Part shown: piece by piece, positions 1-41,861 of the stretch
Position numbering within the stretch: the stretch's first letter is position 1
Layout of the letters: every line of letters starts with the position of its first letter
NCBI RefSeq assembly: GCF_006345805.1
Contig: NC_043011.1
Coordinates: forward strand, 6,200,001 to 6,264,000
Direction of reading: 5' to 3'
Length of the DNA stretch: 64,000 nucleotides
Source of the DNA: Octopus sinensis
Taxonomy: Eukaryota
Position numbers and translations under genes: made by a program
Notes under the pieces: model-generated
The model's database searches: none
What the model was told of the DNA's origin: nothing
Seen by the model: only the letters and a program-made list of their open reading frames with translations

Positions 1-102
1 TTTAGTGAGATGAGAATTAAAAACTTTTACAAACTTAACTTTTCTTATACTGCAGTTTCGCCAAATTCAGTAATAAAAATAGTATTCATTTACTCAGGCT
101 GG
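1..102 (-). repeat. Inverted, truncated copy of the 404-bp unit (runs off the window start)
   Basis: 1-102 is the exact reverse complement of 151-252; the junction falls at a TGG microhomology (100-102). Confidence 0.9.
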
Positions 103-127
103 ATCTATTGGTATGGTCTTTCCATCA

Positions 128-218
128 TTAACAGGAATCTTACTGAAGAGCCAGCCTGAGTAAATGAATACTATTTTTATTACTGAATTTGGCGAAACTG
201 CAGTATAAGAAAAGTTAA
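128..218 (+). ncRNA. Type I hammerhead ribozyme, copy 1 (predicted cleavage after A205)
   Basis: P1 TTAAC(128-132)/GTTAA(214-218) and TCTTA(138-142)/TAAGA(206-210); core CTGAAGA 143-149; P2 GCCA(150-153)/TGGC(190-193); GAAA 194-197; palindromic P3 ACTGCAGT 197-204; GUA triplet. Confidence 0.85.
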
Positions 219-531
219 GTTTGTAAAAGTTTTTAATTCTCATCTCACTAAATTTATCCAGCTATTGTGTATCTAGTACACTCTTCGCCTTGAATGTTAT
301 GATATATGTATAATATATGGCGTGTACTGGTACACCGGCGATTATTATTAATTTTATTGTATCGCATTTATCTTTGTTTACATATTCTCTCGATAAATTT
401 CTGACCGTTAGACGATATACCACAATCCCCTATTTTGTCGGGTTTGTTCGGAGTCTGCGCAGTGTTTTGAATAGTTTAGAAAGAGCATTTCGATAGACGC
501 ACATGGATCTATTGGTATGGTCTTTCCATCA

Positions 532-622
532 TTAACAGGAATCTTACTGAAGAGCCAGCCTGAGTAAATGAATACTATTTTTATTACTGAATTTGGCGAA
601 ACTGCAGTATAAGAAAAGTTAA
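532..622 (+). ncRNA. Type I hammerhead ribozyme, copy 2 (predicted cleavage after A609)
   Basis: Same motif as copy 1, shifted +404. Confidence 0.85.
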
Positions 623-935
623 GTTTGTAAAAGTTTTTAATTCTCATCTCACTAAATTTATCCAGCTATTGTGTATCTAGTACACTCTTCGCCTTGAATG
701 TTATGATATATGTATAATATATGGCGTGTACTGGTACACCGGCGATTATTATTAATTTTATTGTATCGCATTTATCTTTGTTTACATATTCTCTCGATAA
801 ATTTCTGACCGTTAGACGATATACCACAATCCCCTATTTTGTCGGGTTTGTTCGGAGTCTGCGCAGTGTTTTGAATAGTTTAGAAAGAGCATTTCGATAG
901 ACGCACATGGATCTATTGGTATGGTCTTTCCATCA

Positions 936-1026
936 TTAACAGGAATCTTACTGAAGAGCCAGCCTGAGTAAATGAATACTATTTTTATTACTGAATTTGG
1001 CGAAACTGCAGTATAAGAAAAGTTAA
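936..1026 (+). ncRNA. Type I hammerhead ribozyme, copy 3 (predicted cleavage after A1013)
   Basis: Same motif as copy 1, shifted +808. Confidence 0.85.
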
Positions 1027-1182
1027 GTTTGTAAAAGTTTTTAATTCTCATCTCACTAAATTTATCCAGCTATTGTGTATCTAGTACACTCTTCGCCTTG
1101 AATGTTATGATATATGTATAATATATGGCGTGTACTGGTACACCGGCGATTATTATTAATTTTATTGTATCGCATTTATCTT

Positions 1183-1296
<114 letters not shown>

Positions 1297-1305
1297 AAAA
1301 ATATA

Positions 1306-1535
1306 AGGCGGCGAGCTGGCAGAAACGTTAGCACGCCGGGTGAAATGCGTAGCCGTATTTCGTCTGTCATTATGTTCCGAGTTCAAATTCCGCCGCGGTC
1401 GACTTTGCCTTTCATCCTCTCAAGGTCGATAAATTAAGTACCAGTTACGCACTGGGGTCGATATAATCGACTTAATCCCTTTGTCTGTCCTTGTTTGTCC
1501 CTTCTGTTTAGCCCCTTGTGGGTAGTAAAGAAATA
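1306..1535 (+). mobile_element. tRNA-derived SINE, family B (AGGCGGCGAGCTGGCAGAAACG...GTAAAGAAAT)
   Basis: A-box-like and B-box-like (GTTCAAATTC) motifs. Close copies at about 15480-15712(-), 21255-21468(-), 35683-35893(-), 43490-43895(+) and 62030-62235(-). Confidence 0.8.
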
Positions 1536-1996
1536 AATATAAATAATATATAAATATATCCATATATACATACATATATGTACATACCTACATATATATA
1601 TGTATATATACATGCATATTTGGGTACAGGACATTAAAAAAAATGTTGAACACAATGAGAAATGAAAACATAGGAACGAACTTTTTTTCAAACAACGAAA
1701 AATAAACAGGGAATCGAGACATACAACATAAAGAATATTCTCCTTCTTCAGTTGTCCCAGTTTCAACTACTCCAGGTTTTGAAGGCAAGGATTATATATA
1801 TATATATATATATATAATCCAAGTAATAAGACAAAGAAATTCTTTAACACATCTTTAATGATCAGTTACAATTTTTTCTGTACCATCTCTGCTTGCAATG
1901 CCAGTTCACGTGAAAACTTACGCAATGCTTGCAGTTTTCAACATTAGAGTGGAACTTCATCAGACTTGCATCTTCAAGACATTGCCTTTTGCTTAA

Positions 1997-2219
1997 CCCT
2001 TTCGTTACTGAATTCATTTTGAGATGCTTTGTGTTTCTTACAATTAGTTCTAAATATAACAAAGAATTTAGTAAAATAATTTAAGTTATCATTAAGCTTG
2101 TGTTAGGAATCTAAATTGTGACTAAGGTTTGGTAGAAGATTTTAATTCAAAACTTACTAAAAAAAAACATTTGTACTACAGAGCCAGAGGCGGTTTCAGC
2201 TGGGTTGGTAACGAAAGGG
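1997..2219. mobile_element. piggyBac-like MITE
   Basis: TTAA | CCCTTTCGTTAC ... GTAACGAAAGGG | TTAA: 12-bp TIR with TTAA duplication. Confidence 0.75.
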
Positions 2220-2980
2220 TTAAATTGGGAGGAAACAAAAAACATGATTAAGGGATTAATAATTTTAGTATAGAAAGTATTTTCTCGATATTAATTATGG
2301 AAAAGTGGGCGTTAAAACGATGATGATGTCTGATATTTTGTGGTGAATAATTTTAGGTATATCTACTCATCTGTTTGGTTTTACAACCATTTTTACATGA
2401 ATACACTTTTGAGGTATTGTTTTACAATGAAATACTTCTCTCTTGTTACTAACCCCTTATTTGTTTTGCAACTAAGGGATTTCTTATTTTGTCTTCAAAA
2501 GCATAAAGCCAACGGACATCATCATTCAATGTCTGCCTTTCTGGGTTACACAAAATTAGTTGAGGCAAATTTTTCTATGACTGGATGCCCTTCCTGTCAC
2601 CAAACTTTGCCTATTTCCAAGCAAGCTAATATTTATTCACGACCAGACATGTTTTGGGAGAAGATTGGAAATGAACAACACCGCTTATGTCAGTGACACT
2701 CATTTACAACTATTACATACTATCAAGGCAGACACATTAACATTAAATGTATTTACACACACGCACACATATCATCATCATCGTTTAACATCCACTTTCC
2801 ATGCTGGCACCAGACTCCAATTTGATCTGGCAGAGTTTCTACACCTGGATGCCCTTCCTAACACCAACCATTCTGAGTGTAGTAGGTGCTTTTACATGCC
2901 ACTGGCACGAGCCACGCTCAGATGGTGTTTTAAATGTGCCACCTGCACAGGAGCCAGTCTAGCGGCAATGTGCAGGGGGT

Positions 2981-3011
<31 letters not shown>

Positions 3012-3466
3012 CATATACATACACACACACACACACACATACACACAATGGGCTTCTTTCAGTTTCTGTCTACCAAATCTACTCACAAGGTTTTGGTTAG
3101 TCCAGAGCTGTAGTCAAAGATAATTGCCAAGGTTCCCCCGTCTTGGAACTGAACCCAAATTTCCATGGCCGGGAAGCAAATTTCTTAACTACACAGCCAT
3201 GCCTGCACACACACACACATAATCGAAAGAGTCACTATGTGGTTGCCCAACCTGCAAGAAGCAACAGTTAAACCTCTCTGTTGCTTTAAATAAGGAAGGG
3301 ATATTTTCTAATGTAGTCTGCATAGCACACTTTTGATCAAGAGTCATCTCAGTCAGGACCACACCACACACACACACACACAATCATGCATGCATAAATG
3401 ATTGTACACATACATATATGTGATAGCTGTATACATACGCTATAACATGCTGATAAAATCACTGGA

Positions 3467-3472
3467 TTTATT
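3467..3472 (-). terminator. Candidate PRPF3 polyadenylation signal (alternative at 3938-3943)
   Basis: AATAAA on the minus strand downstream of the stop at 4201, followed by GT-rich sequence. Confidence 0.35.
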
Positions 3473-4200
3473 AAACTAGAGAAAGAAGAAAAAAACACAG
3501 GAAAAATATAAACAAAAAACAAAACGAGTTTTCATAAAAATTGTGATTTAATATTTTTCAGTTCATATTCTTTTTCTTTGTTTTCCCCAATTCTTTCCCG
3601 TAAACACACACACACACACACACACACACATGCTTTGAACCCCAAAATTATTCTCAGTTGCATTCACTTAACTGTATTTTTTTATCAGTCAAGTCTTTCG
3701 CTGTTCTTCAACATTTTGGTTTTTCTTCCAGAATCAATCTTCTTCACTTCCAAACTATTAACTGTGGAACACATTCAGAATACCTTGGCCTGTCTGTCAA
3801 TGCCGTTTCCTTTTTTTTCTTTTTTTCTTCATTCTTTCTTTACCATTCCTTCTTCGCAACTCAGTCTCCAATTCAAAACAGATTTTAAACAAAAACAATT
3901 TGAAGACAGACTAAAAACATCTGCCTCTCTTTTTTTTTTTATTGCTTTCAATTTTGCTAATAATGTTTTCTTTTTGTGTCAGTGAAAGAACAGAGACAGA
4001 TGAATTTTTTTTTAAAAACAGGCTGGAAACAGTTTTTTTACACCGCTTCATCTCTCTCCTCTTGTAAAGCACTGAGTTTGCAAGATGGTGACTACAATAG
4101 TCAATGGCTTATAAACTGTTACAGTCTTTGGAACGGTAACAGGAGCCAGTAGTAGTAGTAGTAATAGTAGTAGTTCTAAGATATGACAGTATTTACGATG

Positions 4201-33483
<29,283 letters not shown>

Positions 33484-34299
33484 TTTGTACTGTTCTGTGT
33501 GTTGTTGCAGGAACCAGGAATAATGAAATTAAAACAGAAAAAAAAGAAAACGATATGTAAATATATGCATTAGAAATATTTCTTTGAGGATCTCATTATT
33601 AATCAAGAAATTCAAAATATTTAGAATCATGTAAAAATGCAAAAATATTGAAGTCAAGATTATTTTTCTTAACCCTTTAGAATTTAAACTGGCCACATCC
33701 AGCCCAAATATTCTACTTGTTTTATGTTGAAACTGACCAGATCCAGCCTCTCACACCTACCCTACAATGCCATTCTAAAAGTAAACAATCACATCTTTGA
33801 AATCTTGAAGCAACAAGATAATTCTGAATTAACTTTTTAAAAAATTGTGAATAAATAATAAGCATTTGACAAAGTAATGTGAATGTGAAAGGGTTCAGCC
33901 AGGAATAAAACCTGATGATTGAACGTGGGACCTTTAAATCTTTAGTCTTACACTCTTTCAACTGAACCAGTTCCACATTGAATAGCCTCATATTTTGAGT
34001 ATTTGCTGTCATTAAATTGAAAATATGTTACGGTGTCAACACCACATAATGAGCATGTATGCTGGTGCTACATAAAAAGCACCCAGTACACTCTGTAGGG
34101 TGGTTGGTGTTAGGAAGGGTACCAAGCTGTAGAAACCATGCCAAAAACAGACAACTGGGGCCTGGTGCAGCCCCCCAGCTGGCCAACTCCTGTCAAACTG
34201 TCCAACTGCAGCCATCATGGAATGCGGACGTTAAATGATGTAGTGTGTGTTGTTATAGTATGCGAAACAATGTGTTAAATAATGAGTAGAGAGGAAAAG

Positions 34300-36330
34300 G
34301 TTATTCCGAACTATAAAGTAGTTCGAAATATAAGAGGATTGGTTTGTCTTTTCACAAGTTTTAGATTTGTCTGAAATCTCTAGATTTACATAAATTATAG
34401 AATATACTGCAGCTTTCACAAACACTCATCTTAACACCAAGCACTTTTACTATCAGATATGTCAGAATTTAGTTCTGTCCTAGATGTGAGAGCAGTGGTA
34501 CTGGTTGTGCTCCACACATACAAGCAGTGATACAGTTCTAGGCATTGCACACACAATAGTAGTACTTTTGATAAAAATTAGGGCACATGCTTTGTAAAGG
34601 GTCAAGGAAAATAGTTGAGAGTAGAAGCATTTGCTGGCTCAGGAGTGAAAGCTTAGCATTTAGGATGCAGTTTTGACTAACTTGGTTGCCATGACAATAT
34701 CATTCTGTTGTGAGGTGTAGTACCAGTTGTGAGTTGCTTATGAATAGAGAGCATGTTTTCTTGATATATGTTGTGACACAGCATAGTTGAATGAAACTAA
34801 GTTGTGTCCCTTACGTCATCATTTAGGGGACATTATTAGCATCAAATACATTGTATTTATTGAAATAATAGGTGCATTATTGTATCCCATCAACAAAGTC
34901 TTTATTAAAGTAAAAGTAACTGTCATATGTGACCCCTTTTACTTCTGTTGGCCTTAAATAAAACCACCAAGTCAAATTGCAGTCAAACACGAGACATATT
35001 CATAAAAAGCAAAAAACTTCCCAACACAGAAAGAGCAGCCATGTTAAGGTGCCTCTTACATGATACTGGTATTGGTCACGGCTATGATTTCAATTAGCCA
35101 GACAGGTTTTCTCAAGCATGTCATATCACCAAACATGTAACACTACAACAATGACCAATGACGCCACAGTGTACCCATCAGAGGGTGTTTATAAGATCTC
35201 TGTTCATAGAAACAGTGTATAGCTGTTACGGGGTTTTGTAGTATGTGAGTGCACAAGTTAAGGAAGGAGTGAAGGATACAGTTTGTAGATAGGTTAAGAT
35301 TTGGAGGCTGGTTGATAGATTAAGGAATTATGTTGAATTAAAGTGTGTTGGTCTTCACACAGGGTCAACTAATGGGAAAATAGTTGCGAAGAGTTGTCAG
35401 TGTATTGGACTTCATAACAGACTGAACAGTTCAGAAACAATTGTTTTGCTTAACCGGATTGGAATCGAGTTTGTAGTGTTGGGTTACAGATAACAGAATC
35501 TTTGGTGTTGAATGTACCATAACATAAGTTGAAGCCAATGAGGGAACCTTTAAAAGGTCACCTGGCCTGTTTTGGTTTTCGTTTTTAATTGTTGAGTCTG
35601 AAGGAAGGGGCAGTCCCCATAATCTTTGTAGGCTCTTTGAAATTGGTGAGGTTCATGCTGTAATTATTGCAAATAATATCATTTATTTCTTTACTACCCA
35701 CAAGGAGCTAAACACAGAGGGGACAAACGGATTAAGTCGATTACATCAAACCCAGTGCATAACTGGTACTTAATTTATCGACCCCGAAAGGATGAAAAGC
35801 AAAGTCAACCTGGGCGGAATTTGAACTCAGAACGTAGTGGCAGACGAAATACTGCTAAGCATTTCGCCCGGCATGCTAACGTTTCTGCCAGCTCGACGCA
35901 AATAATATCATTGCAGAGCAACACCTGCAACATAAGACACGACCAAATAGAAGATTCCAATGGGTCGATGTGCTGGAGGTAAAATTGGACATAGTGGTTA
36001 GTGTAGGTCTGAAGGGTGGAGGTATGAAACCAGCCAGCTGTGTGGAACAGAGGCCATGCTAGAAATAGCAATCAAATCACCCTCAAACCACACACACATC
36101 TATTGCCCTAAACTAGACAGGATGTCCATGAATGGAACGCTTCTGGCCATAAGTCTCCCTTCTCATGTTGAACTGGACAACCTCCTATCTATCCTACAGA
36201 CATTCTTTTTAACTGTAGGAAATTTTAAGTTCAACTGCGACGAGGAGTAAAGAATTGACCATTTTGAGCTCTTGAAGTTGTCTGTGCGTGAGGAAAGAAG
36301 TGTAATTGTGCCTAACAGGATGGACTGGGG
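34300..36330 (-). mobile_element. Highly decayed LINE (CR1-like) body interrupted by a family B SINE
   Basis: Minus-strand remnants resemble NYRPISL...KIME-type RT motifs. Boundaries are approximate. Confidence 0.4.
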
Positions 36331-37829
36331 TCGAAACATTTTCTACTGAGGAAGCCATTGGGCCAAGTGAGAAGAGTCACTCGTTTAAATAAATACCAAT
36401 TATTTCATTTATTTAGCGATTACAGTTGTTTTAACTGACATGTGAATATTTATTCACCACCATCGTTCAACTACAGTAGCAGACGGTGGCAACAGTTACC
36501 AGCCACCCTTTGCAGCCTTTTTTAATCAGTTATGGTTCAGTGGTTGGGGATCAGAGCGTGTAATGTATGTGTGTGTGTGTGTGTGTGATTAGACCTGGCA
36601 ATTGGCGAGATGGAATTTGAACACAAACGTAAAGAGTCGGAAACGGATGCCACACGATTCTACCAATCCATCGCCCAGGATTAGTCGAAATAATGTCGAA
36701 TCCATTTCCGAATAAGATGACAGCTGAAGCTGACCTTAGCGAGATTTGAAATCAAAACGCCAAGAACCGAAGGAATTACCCCTAAGGCTTTCAGATTCAA
36801 CTCTGACGATTTTAAGTCAATCCCACTACCAAGGTAGTAAAATAAACAACTGTGAGACTAATACGTTAACGTCTATGAATACCGCATGGGTGCCTGGTAA
36901 ATAATTTGGACGGGGGACTATTCTAAACAGAAATTAAAAGACGTCATTTATTTTTGTTTATTACAGGAAGGCTTTAATTAAAAATTTAAATCACTGAAGT
37001 TAATTACTGATAGGCTAAAACTAATTTAGCTAAATTGGCAATCTAAATTAATAAGATATGTTACAACCTTTAAGGGACTGACACGATATTTTCTTCGTGA
37101 TTTTCTATCTAGTTAATAGTCAACAAGATTAATGATCGAAATTTGTACACCATCGTTAAAAGAAAACGGAGAAGACCACAGTGTAAGACAATAATCTTGT
37201 TTCTTTCATTTCAGAAATTCGTCGAAGAATGTATTCTTCGACGAATCCTGGAACGAAGGAGATTATTAATCTTGTAATAGTAATTGTTTCTGAAAATAAA
37301 ATAGATTCACTCAAAGTAAAAGTGTTGAAGACGTGAATATTTTGAATTTCTTTATGGCAATTCCGCGTTTTTAAACATACAACAATTACATACATTATAG
37401 ACATATATTTTTTTTTCTGTTTTATGAAGATTCCTGATGTGAACCCGTGTATTGGATGGAAAAGATTTTCCAACTCGGGGAGAGGTGTTCATTCTGCCCA
37501 AAATAAACACACTGAGACTCAACTATCTATCCATCAATGTGCGTGTGTATGTGTGTCCCCAGACATGGACATCATGAACGTTAGATCCTGACAAGACACC
37601 TCGGTTAGTCTCAATTGCTGGTTAAAAAGCCATTATCCGATTGATATCATCAGGACGACCATCAATACTTCAACATCCCCATTGCACCTCATCTTTTAAA
37701 AGATGTCTATAAACGCCTCGAACTTAGATTCATCTGTCTATACACAGACTAATGAATATAAAAGTTTAATGTTTCTTTTAGAAAAGGTTTTGCGTATTTC
37801 CTAAGTACTCTCTTTGTACCATTTATTTA

Positions 37830-38006
37830 TGTATGTATGCTTCATATGTATATGTAAGTATGCTTTATATATATATATACATATATATATGTATGTATGC
37901 TTTATATATATATACATATATATATGTATGTATGCTTTATATATATATACATATATATATGTATGTATGCTTTATATATATATATACATATATATATGTA
38001 TGTATG

Positions 38007-38053
<47 letters not shown>

Positions 38054-38084
38054 CTTTATATATATATATATATATGTATGTATG

Positions 38085-38122
<38 letters not shown>

Positions 38123-38131
38123 GTATGTATG

Positions 38132-38179
<48 letters not shown>

Positions 38180-38250
38180 TATATGTATGTATGCTTTATA
38201 TATATATATATATGTATGCTTTATATATATATATATATGTACGTGTGTGT
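37830..38250. repeat. (TA)n-TGTATGTATGCTT minisatellite
   Basis: Direct reading. Confidence 0.9.
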
Positions 38251-39277
38251 GTGATGTATGTGCATAGAAAAGGAGGTAGATGGAAATAGTTGAGAAAGAA
38301 GAGAGACAGGGAAGTGACATGTGGACAATTGTCGAGTTTTTTTTTTAATCAATAAAAAGAATGGAGAGAAAGCGTGGCAAAGTTTCGAGACCAACTCATT
38401 TGGCATTCAACAGAATTCACAATTAACAAGAAATTAAAACAACGACGACATAATATTTCTTATCGGCCGTTCATAGAAAGACTTATAAACCTATGTATTT
38501 ATTTATATACATACATGCAGACATATATATATATATATATACGGAGTGTTTTTAGGGGGGAAACTAACAAAAACATTCGGGTACGACTTTCATTCACGCA
38601 TAAAACCTAAGAAATATTTAATTGCAAACGGAATGTTGATCAATACGGTTCGATACTTAACGACAGATGGCTGTCACTGCCAAAATATAGACATAGAAAT
38701 GCTGAAACAGCAATAATTGGTTATAAATAAGAGAGCAAACCTTCAAGTGTGTCGTTGTGTGATTTAATCAAGTCAGGAAAAATTTAGACCGGCTCCGACT
38801 TACAAAACAGCCTGCAATGTTTGGGAACTTTTCATTGGATGTTCTTTACACGACTGACCAATAGAAATTGCTTTAACAAAAATTCGCAGTCGTCTAAATG
38901 ATTTGCCTCCCTTGAATATTCAGTACAACAATTCGTTGTCAAGTTTTTTTCTATTTTATAATGAGTTAAGTTCTGTGTACGACTTGGTATTCTTTTTTTT
39001 TTTAAATGTGGAACTTATTCTATCGGTTGTTTTGCTGAGCCGCTACGTTACCCGGACGTAAACAGACCAATACTGGTTGTCAAGCAGTCGTAAGCGATTT
39101 ACGGACGTGAAACCCAGGGTAATCCGATAGATCGGCCAGGAGTGGCTTGCTTACCAACCACATGGTTCTCGGATCAGTCCCACTGAGTGGCACTTCGGGC
39201 AAGTGTCATGCAATAGCCTCGGGTCGGCCAAAGCCCTGTGAGTGGATTTGGTAGACGGAAACTGAGAGAAGCCCGTC

Positions 39278-39315
<38 letters not shown>

Positions 39316-39825
39316 GATATGAACAGTAGAGACATCTGATTTCAAATCTCAGTGTTTGAATGTTTTGCTTTTGTATATATATATATGTGTGTGTGTGCGT
39401 GTGTATATATATATATATATACACGAGTGTGTGGTGTTTGTGTCTGTGTCCCCCCAACATCGCTTGACAACCAATGCTGGTACGTTTACGTCCCTGTAAC
39501 TTAGCGGTTCGGCAAAAGGCACCGATAGAATAAGTACTAGGCTTTCAAAGAATAAGGCAGTGCTCCAGCATGGCCACTGTCAAATGACTGAAACAAGTAA
39601 AAGAATATACTTTTATTCTTTTACTTGTTTCAGTCATTTGACTGCGGCCCTTGCTGGAGCATCATCTTCAGGGGCTTTCAGTCGAATAATGAACCCCAGG
39701 ACTTTTTTAAAGCCTAGTACTTATTCTATCGTTCTTCTATGCTGAACGGCCAAGTTACGGAAGCGAAAACAGACCAACACCGGTTGTCAAGTGGCGATAG
39801 ATACAGACACACACACATATACATA

Positions 39826-39855
<30 letters not shown>

Positions 39856-39860
<5 letters not shown>

Positions 39861-40290
39861 GGAAAAAAAGTCAAGGTAGAAAATGTTAAAATAATTTTAT
39901 GAAAAAGCATTTCAGCACTGGTTTCAGTCATTGAGACTTTTTCAACTGTAAGTATGGAAAAGTTAAAAGAATATTTGTATGGTGTTGAAATACAAGGCGT
40001 ATTTTCCTTGTTTCTGCCTGTCTCTATCTCTCTTGATTACTCTTGTGGACTCGAGGTCGTTGTGCTTGAACCCACAAGAGAGACAGAGACAGGCAGAAAC
40101 AAGGAAAATGCCCCTTGTATCTGAATACTATGCAAATATTCTTTAAAAAAAACTTTTCTTTTAACTTTTTCCAAAAATTTAATTGTTTTCCATACTTACA
40201 GTTGAAAAAGTCTCAATGCCCAAAACCGGTACTGAAATGATTTTTATAAAACTATTTTAGCATTTTCTACCTTGACTTTTTTTCCATATA
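39856..40290. mobile_element. Long fold-back element (about 195-215-bp arms) flanked by TA
   Basis: TATATGGAAAAAAAGTCAAGGTAGAAAATG ... CATTTTCTACCTTGACTTTTTTTCCATATA; the arms continue to a loop at about 40049-40071. Confidence 0.85.
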
Positions 40291-40571
40291 ATTCAACTCG
40301 TGTGTTCCTTTTCAACCTTCTACACACACACACACACACACAACGAGCTTCCTTCAGTTTCCGTCTACCAAATCCACTCTCAAGGCTTTGGTCGGCCCAT
40401 GACAATAGTGGAAGACACTCGCCCGTATATGTGCGTATATAGACATGGTTTAACCTTTTTCTGTATTGTTACCCTTAGCACTATGTTTTCTTGTTTGTGC
40501 GTATATAGACATGTGTATGAAACCTTTCTGGTGCGCGCGTGTGTGTGGGTTTGTTTATATATATATATATA

Positions 40572-40935
40572 CTAGCAGTATCGCCCGGCGTTGCTCAGGT
40601 TTGTAAGGGAAATAACTATAAAGCATTTTTAGAGAGTTATAGCCAAAAAATAGCAAAAAAATTATGGTAAATTTTTTTTTGAGTTAAAAAAGGTTGAGTT
40701 GCGTCCCCTAGACAGTCTGTGGTTTGTTTCTGATTCTCGACCCCATGTCGATTTTATCGATTTTTTTCAGAACTGGGGGAACTTTTCAAAATTTTCGCTG
40801 CGTTAGTTTTGAATTATGACATTTGGCTATGTGTGTGTCAAGTTTCATCAGAATCGGTTGAAAGCCGTGGTCAGGGTGAGGGTACAAGCAAACAGACACG
40901 CAGAAACACGCACAGACAAACTGCCGTTTATATAT

Positions 40936-40940
<5 letters not shown>
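40572..40940 (-). mobile_element. Non-autonomous Helitron
   Basis: On the minus strand A|TC ... GC-rich subterminal hairpin ... CTAG|T. The 3' end is shared with 45820-46205. Confidence 0.8.
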
Positions 40941-40980
<40 letters not shown>

Positions 40981-41251
40981 GCGAATGGTGCGGATGAGGT
41001 TGTGTACGTTTCAAGTGAGGGTGGATGAGTGTATACTTTTAGGCGCATCCACGTAGGTGTGCGAGTGCACATGTGTAGGTATGAATATGCGTTCTTACGC
41101 GAATACTATGAACCATTTTACCCCCTTACTTTACTTCCTCCCCTTACTTAGCGGTCATTCGAATAGCTCTTTTGTCTTAATAACGGTAAATCACACAGTA
41201 ATTTCCCTTTGTATAAAGGTCGTTTTCCATTGCATTTTTTTCCGATGGCTG

Positions 41252-41312
41252 GATAACTGAAGAGAAAGTGGCGTGGATTTCCATCTCGGCATCCGAAACT
41301 CGGAGTTTTATC
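41252..41312 (+). ncRNA. Minimal type I hammerhead motif (P2 partly decayed)
   Basis: GATAA-CTGAAGA-(P2 with inner TGGA/TCCA)-GAA-ACTC G GAGT-T-TTATC: P1 GATAA/TTATC, near-palindromic P3, GUU triplet. Confidence 0.55.
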
Positions 41313-41378
41313 ATGGCTACCGAATAATTGTCACATATTACATTTACAGATATATATATATATACATACATACATACA

Positions 41379-41414
<36 letters not shown>

Positions 41415-41488
41415 TATATATGAATTTTTGGCGTAATGAGATAAAAAAAAATCCAAGGGTGTATAGATATTAGAGCATTTATAGATAG

Positions 41489-41540
41489 GTCTTACAGCTG
41501 TTTCTAGAATATTAATTAATAATATCCCTTCATCGAAGAC
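41489..41540 (-). ncRNA. Degenerate hammerhead motif (core TCGATGA)
   Basis: GTCT-TCGATGA-AGGG..-GAAA-CAGCTGTA-AGAC: P1 GTCT/AGAC, palindromic ACAGCTGT P3; core positions 3-4 are swapped. Confidence 0.4.
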
Positions 41541-41801
41541 GGTGTGAGCGGAAAAATTATGTCATAGTTAGTTTCGATGTGATACAAATAGAGAGTGAGG
41601 TGGAGGAAAGAAAATAGATGTAAGATATGTATGGGTATTGAATTCGTAAATCCGTTTTATAGGCATAATGGTATATATGTGTAATATTCCAATATCCTTT
41701 GAGTAAAATCCAAAAGTCCAACAGAGTTTAATATGAGTCCATCAAGATGTAGAGTTTATAAGCAATGTAAGATTCTCTTAAAGTTGGTCATTCCCAGTAG
41801 G

Positions 41802-41855
<54 letters not shown>

Positions 41856-41861
41856 TTATAC

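Noticed and set aside
408-1051. Two identical 79-aa minus-strand ORFs
   Set aside because: They are by-products of the 404-bp repeat, antisense to the ribozyme, with no recognisable domain.
1700-1770. Minus-strand CTGAAGA followed by a small hairpin
   Set aside because: No GAAA after the hairpin and no P1 or P3.
1921-1970. Minus-strand CTGATGA...GAAA motif
   Set aside because: No P2 pairing and no valid NUH/P3; at most a decayed remnant.
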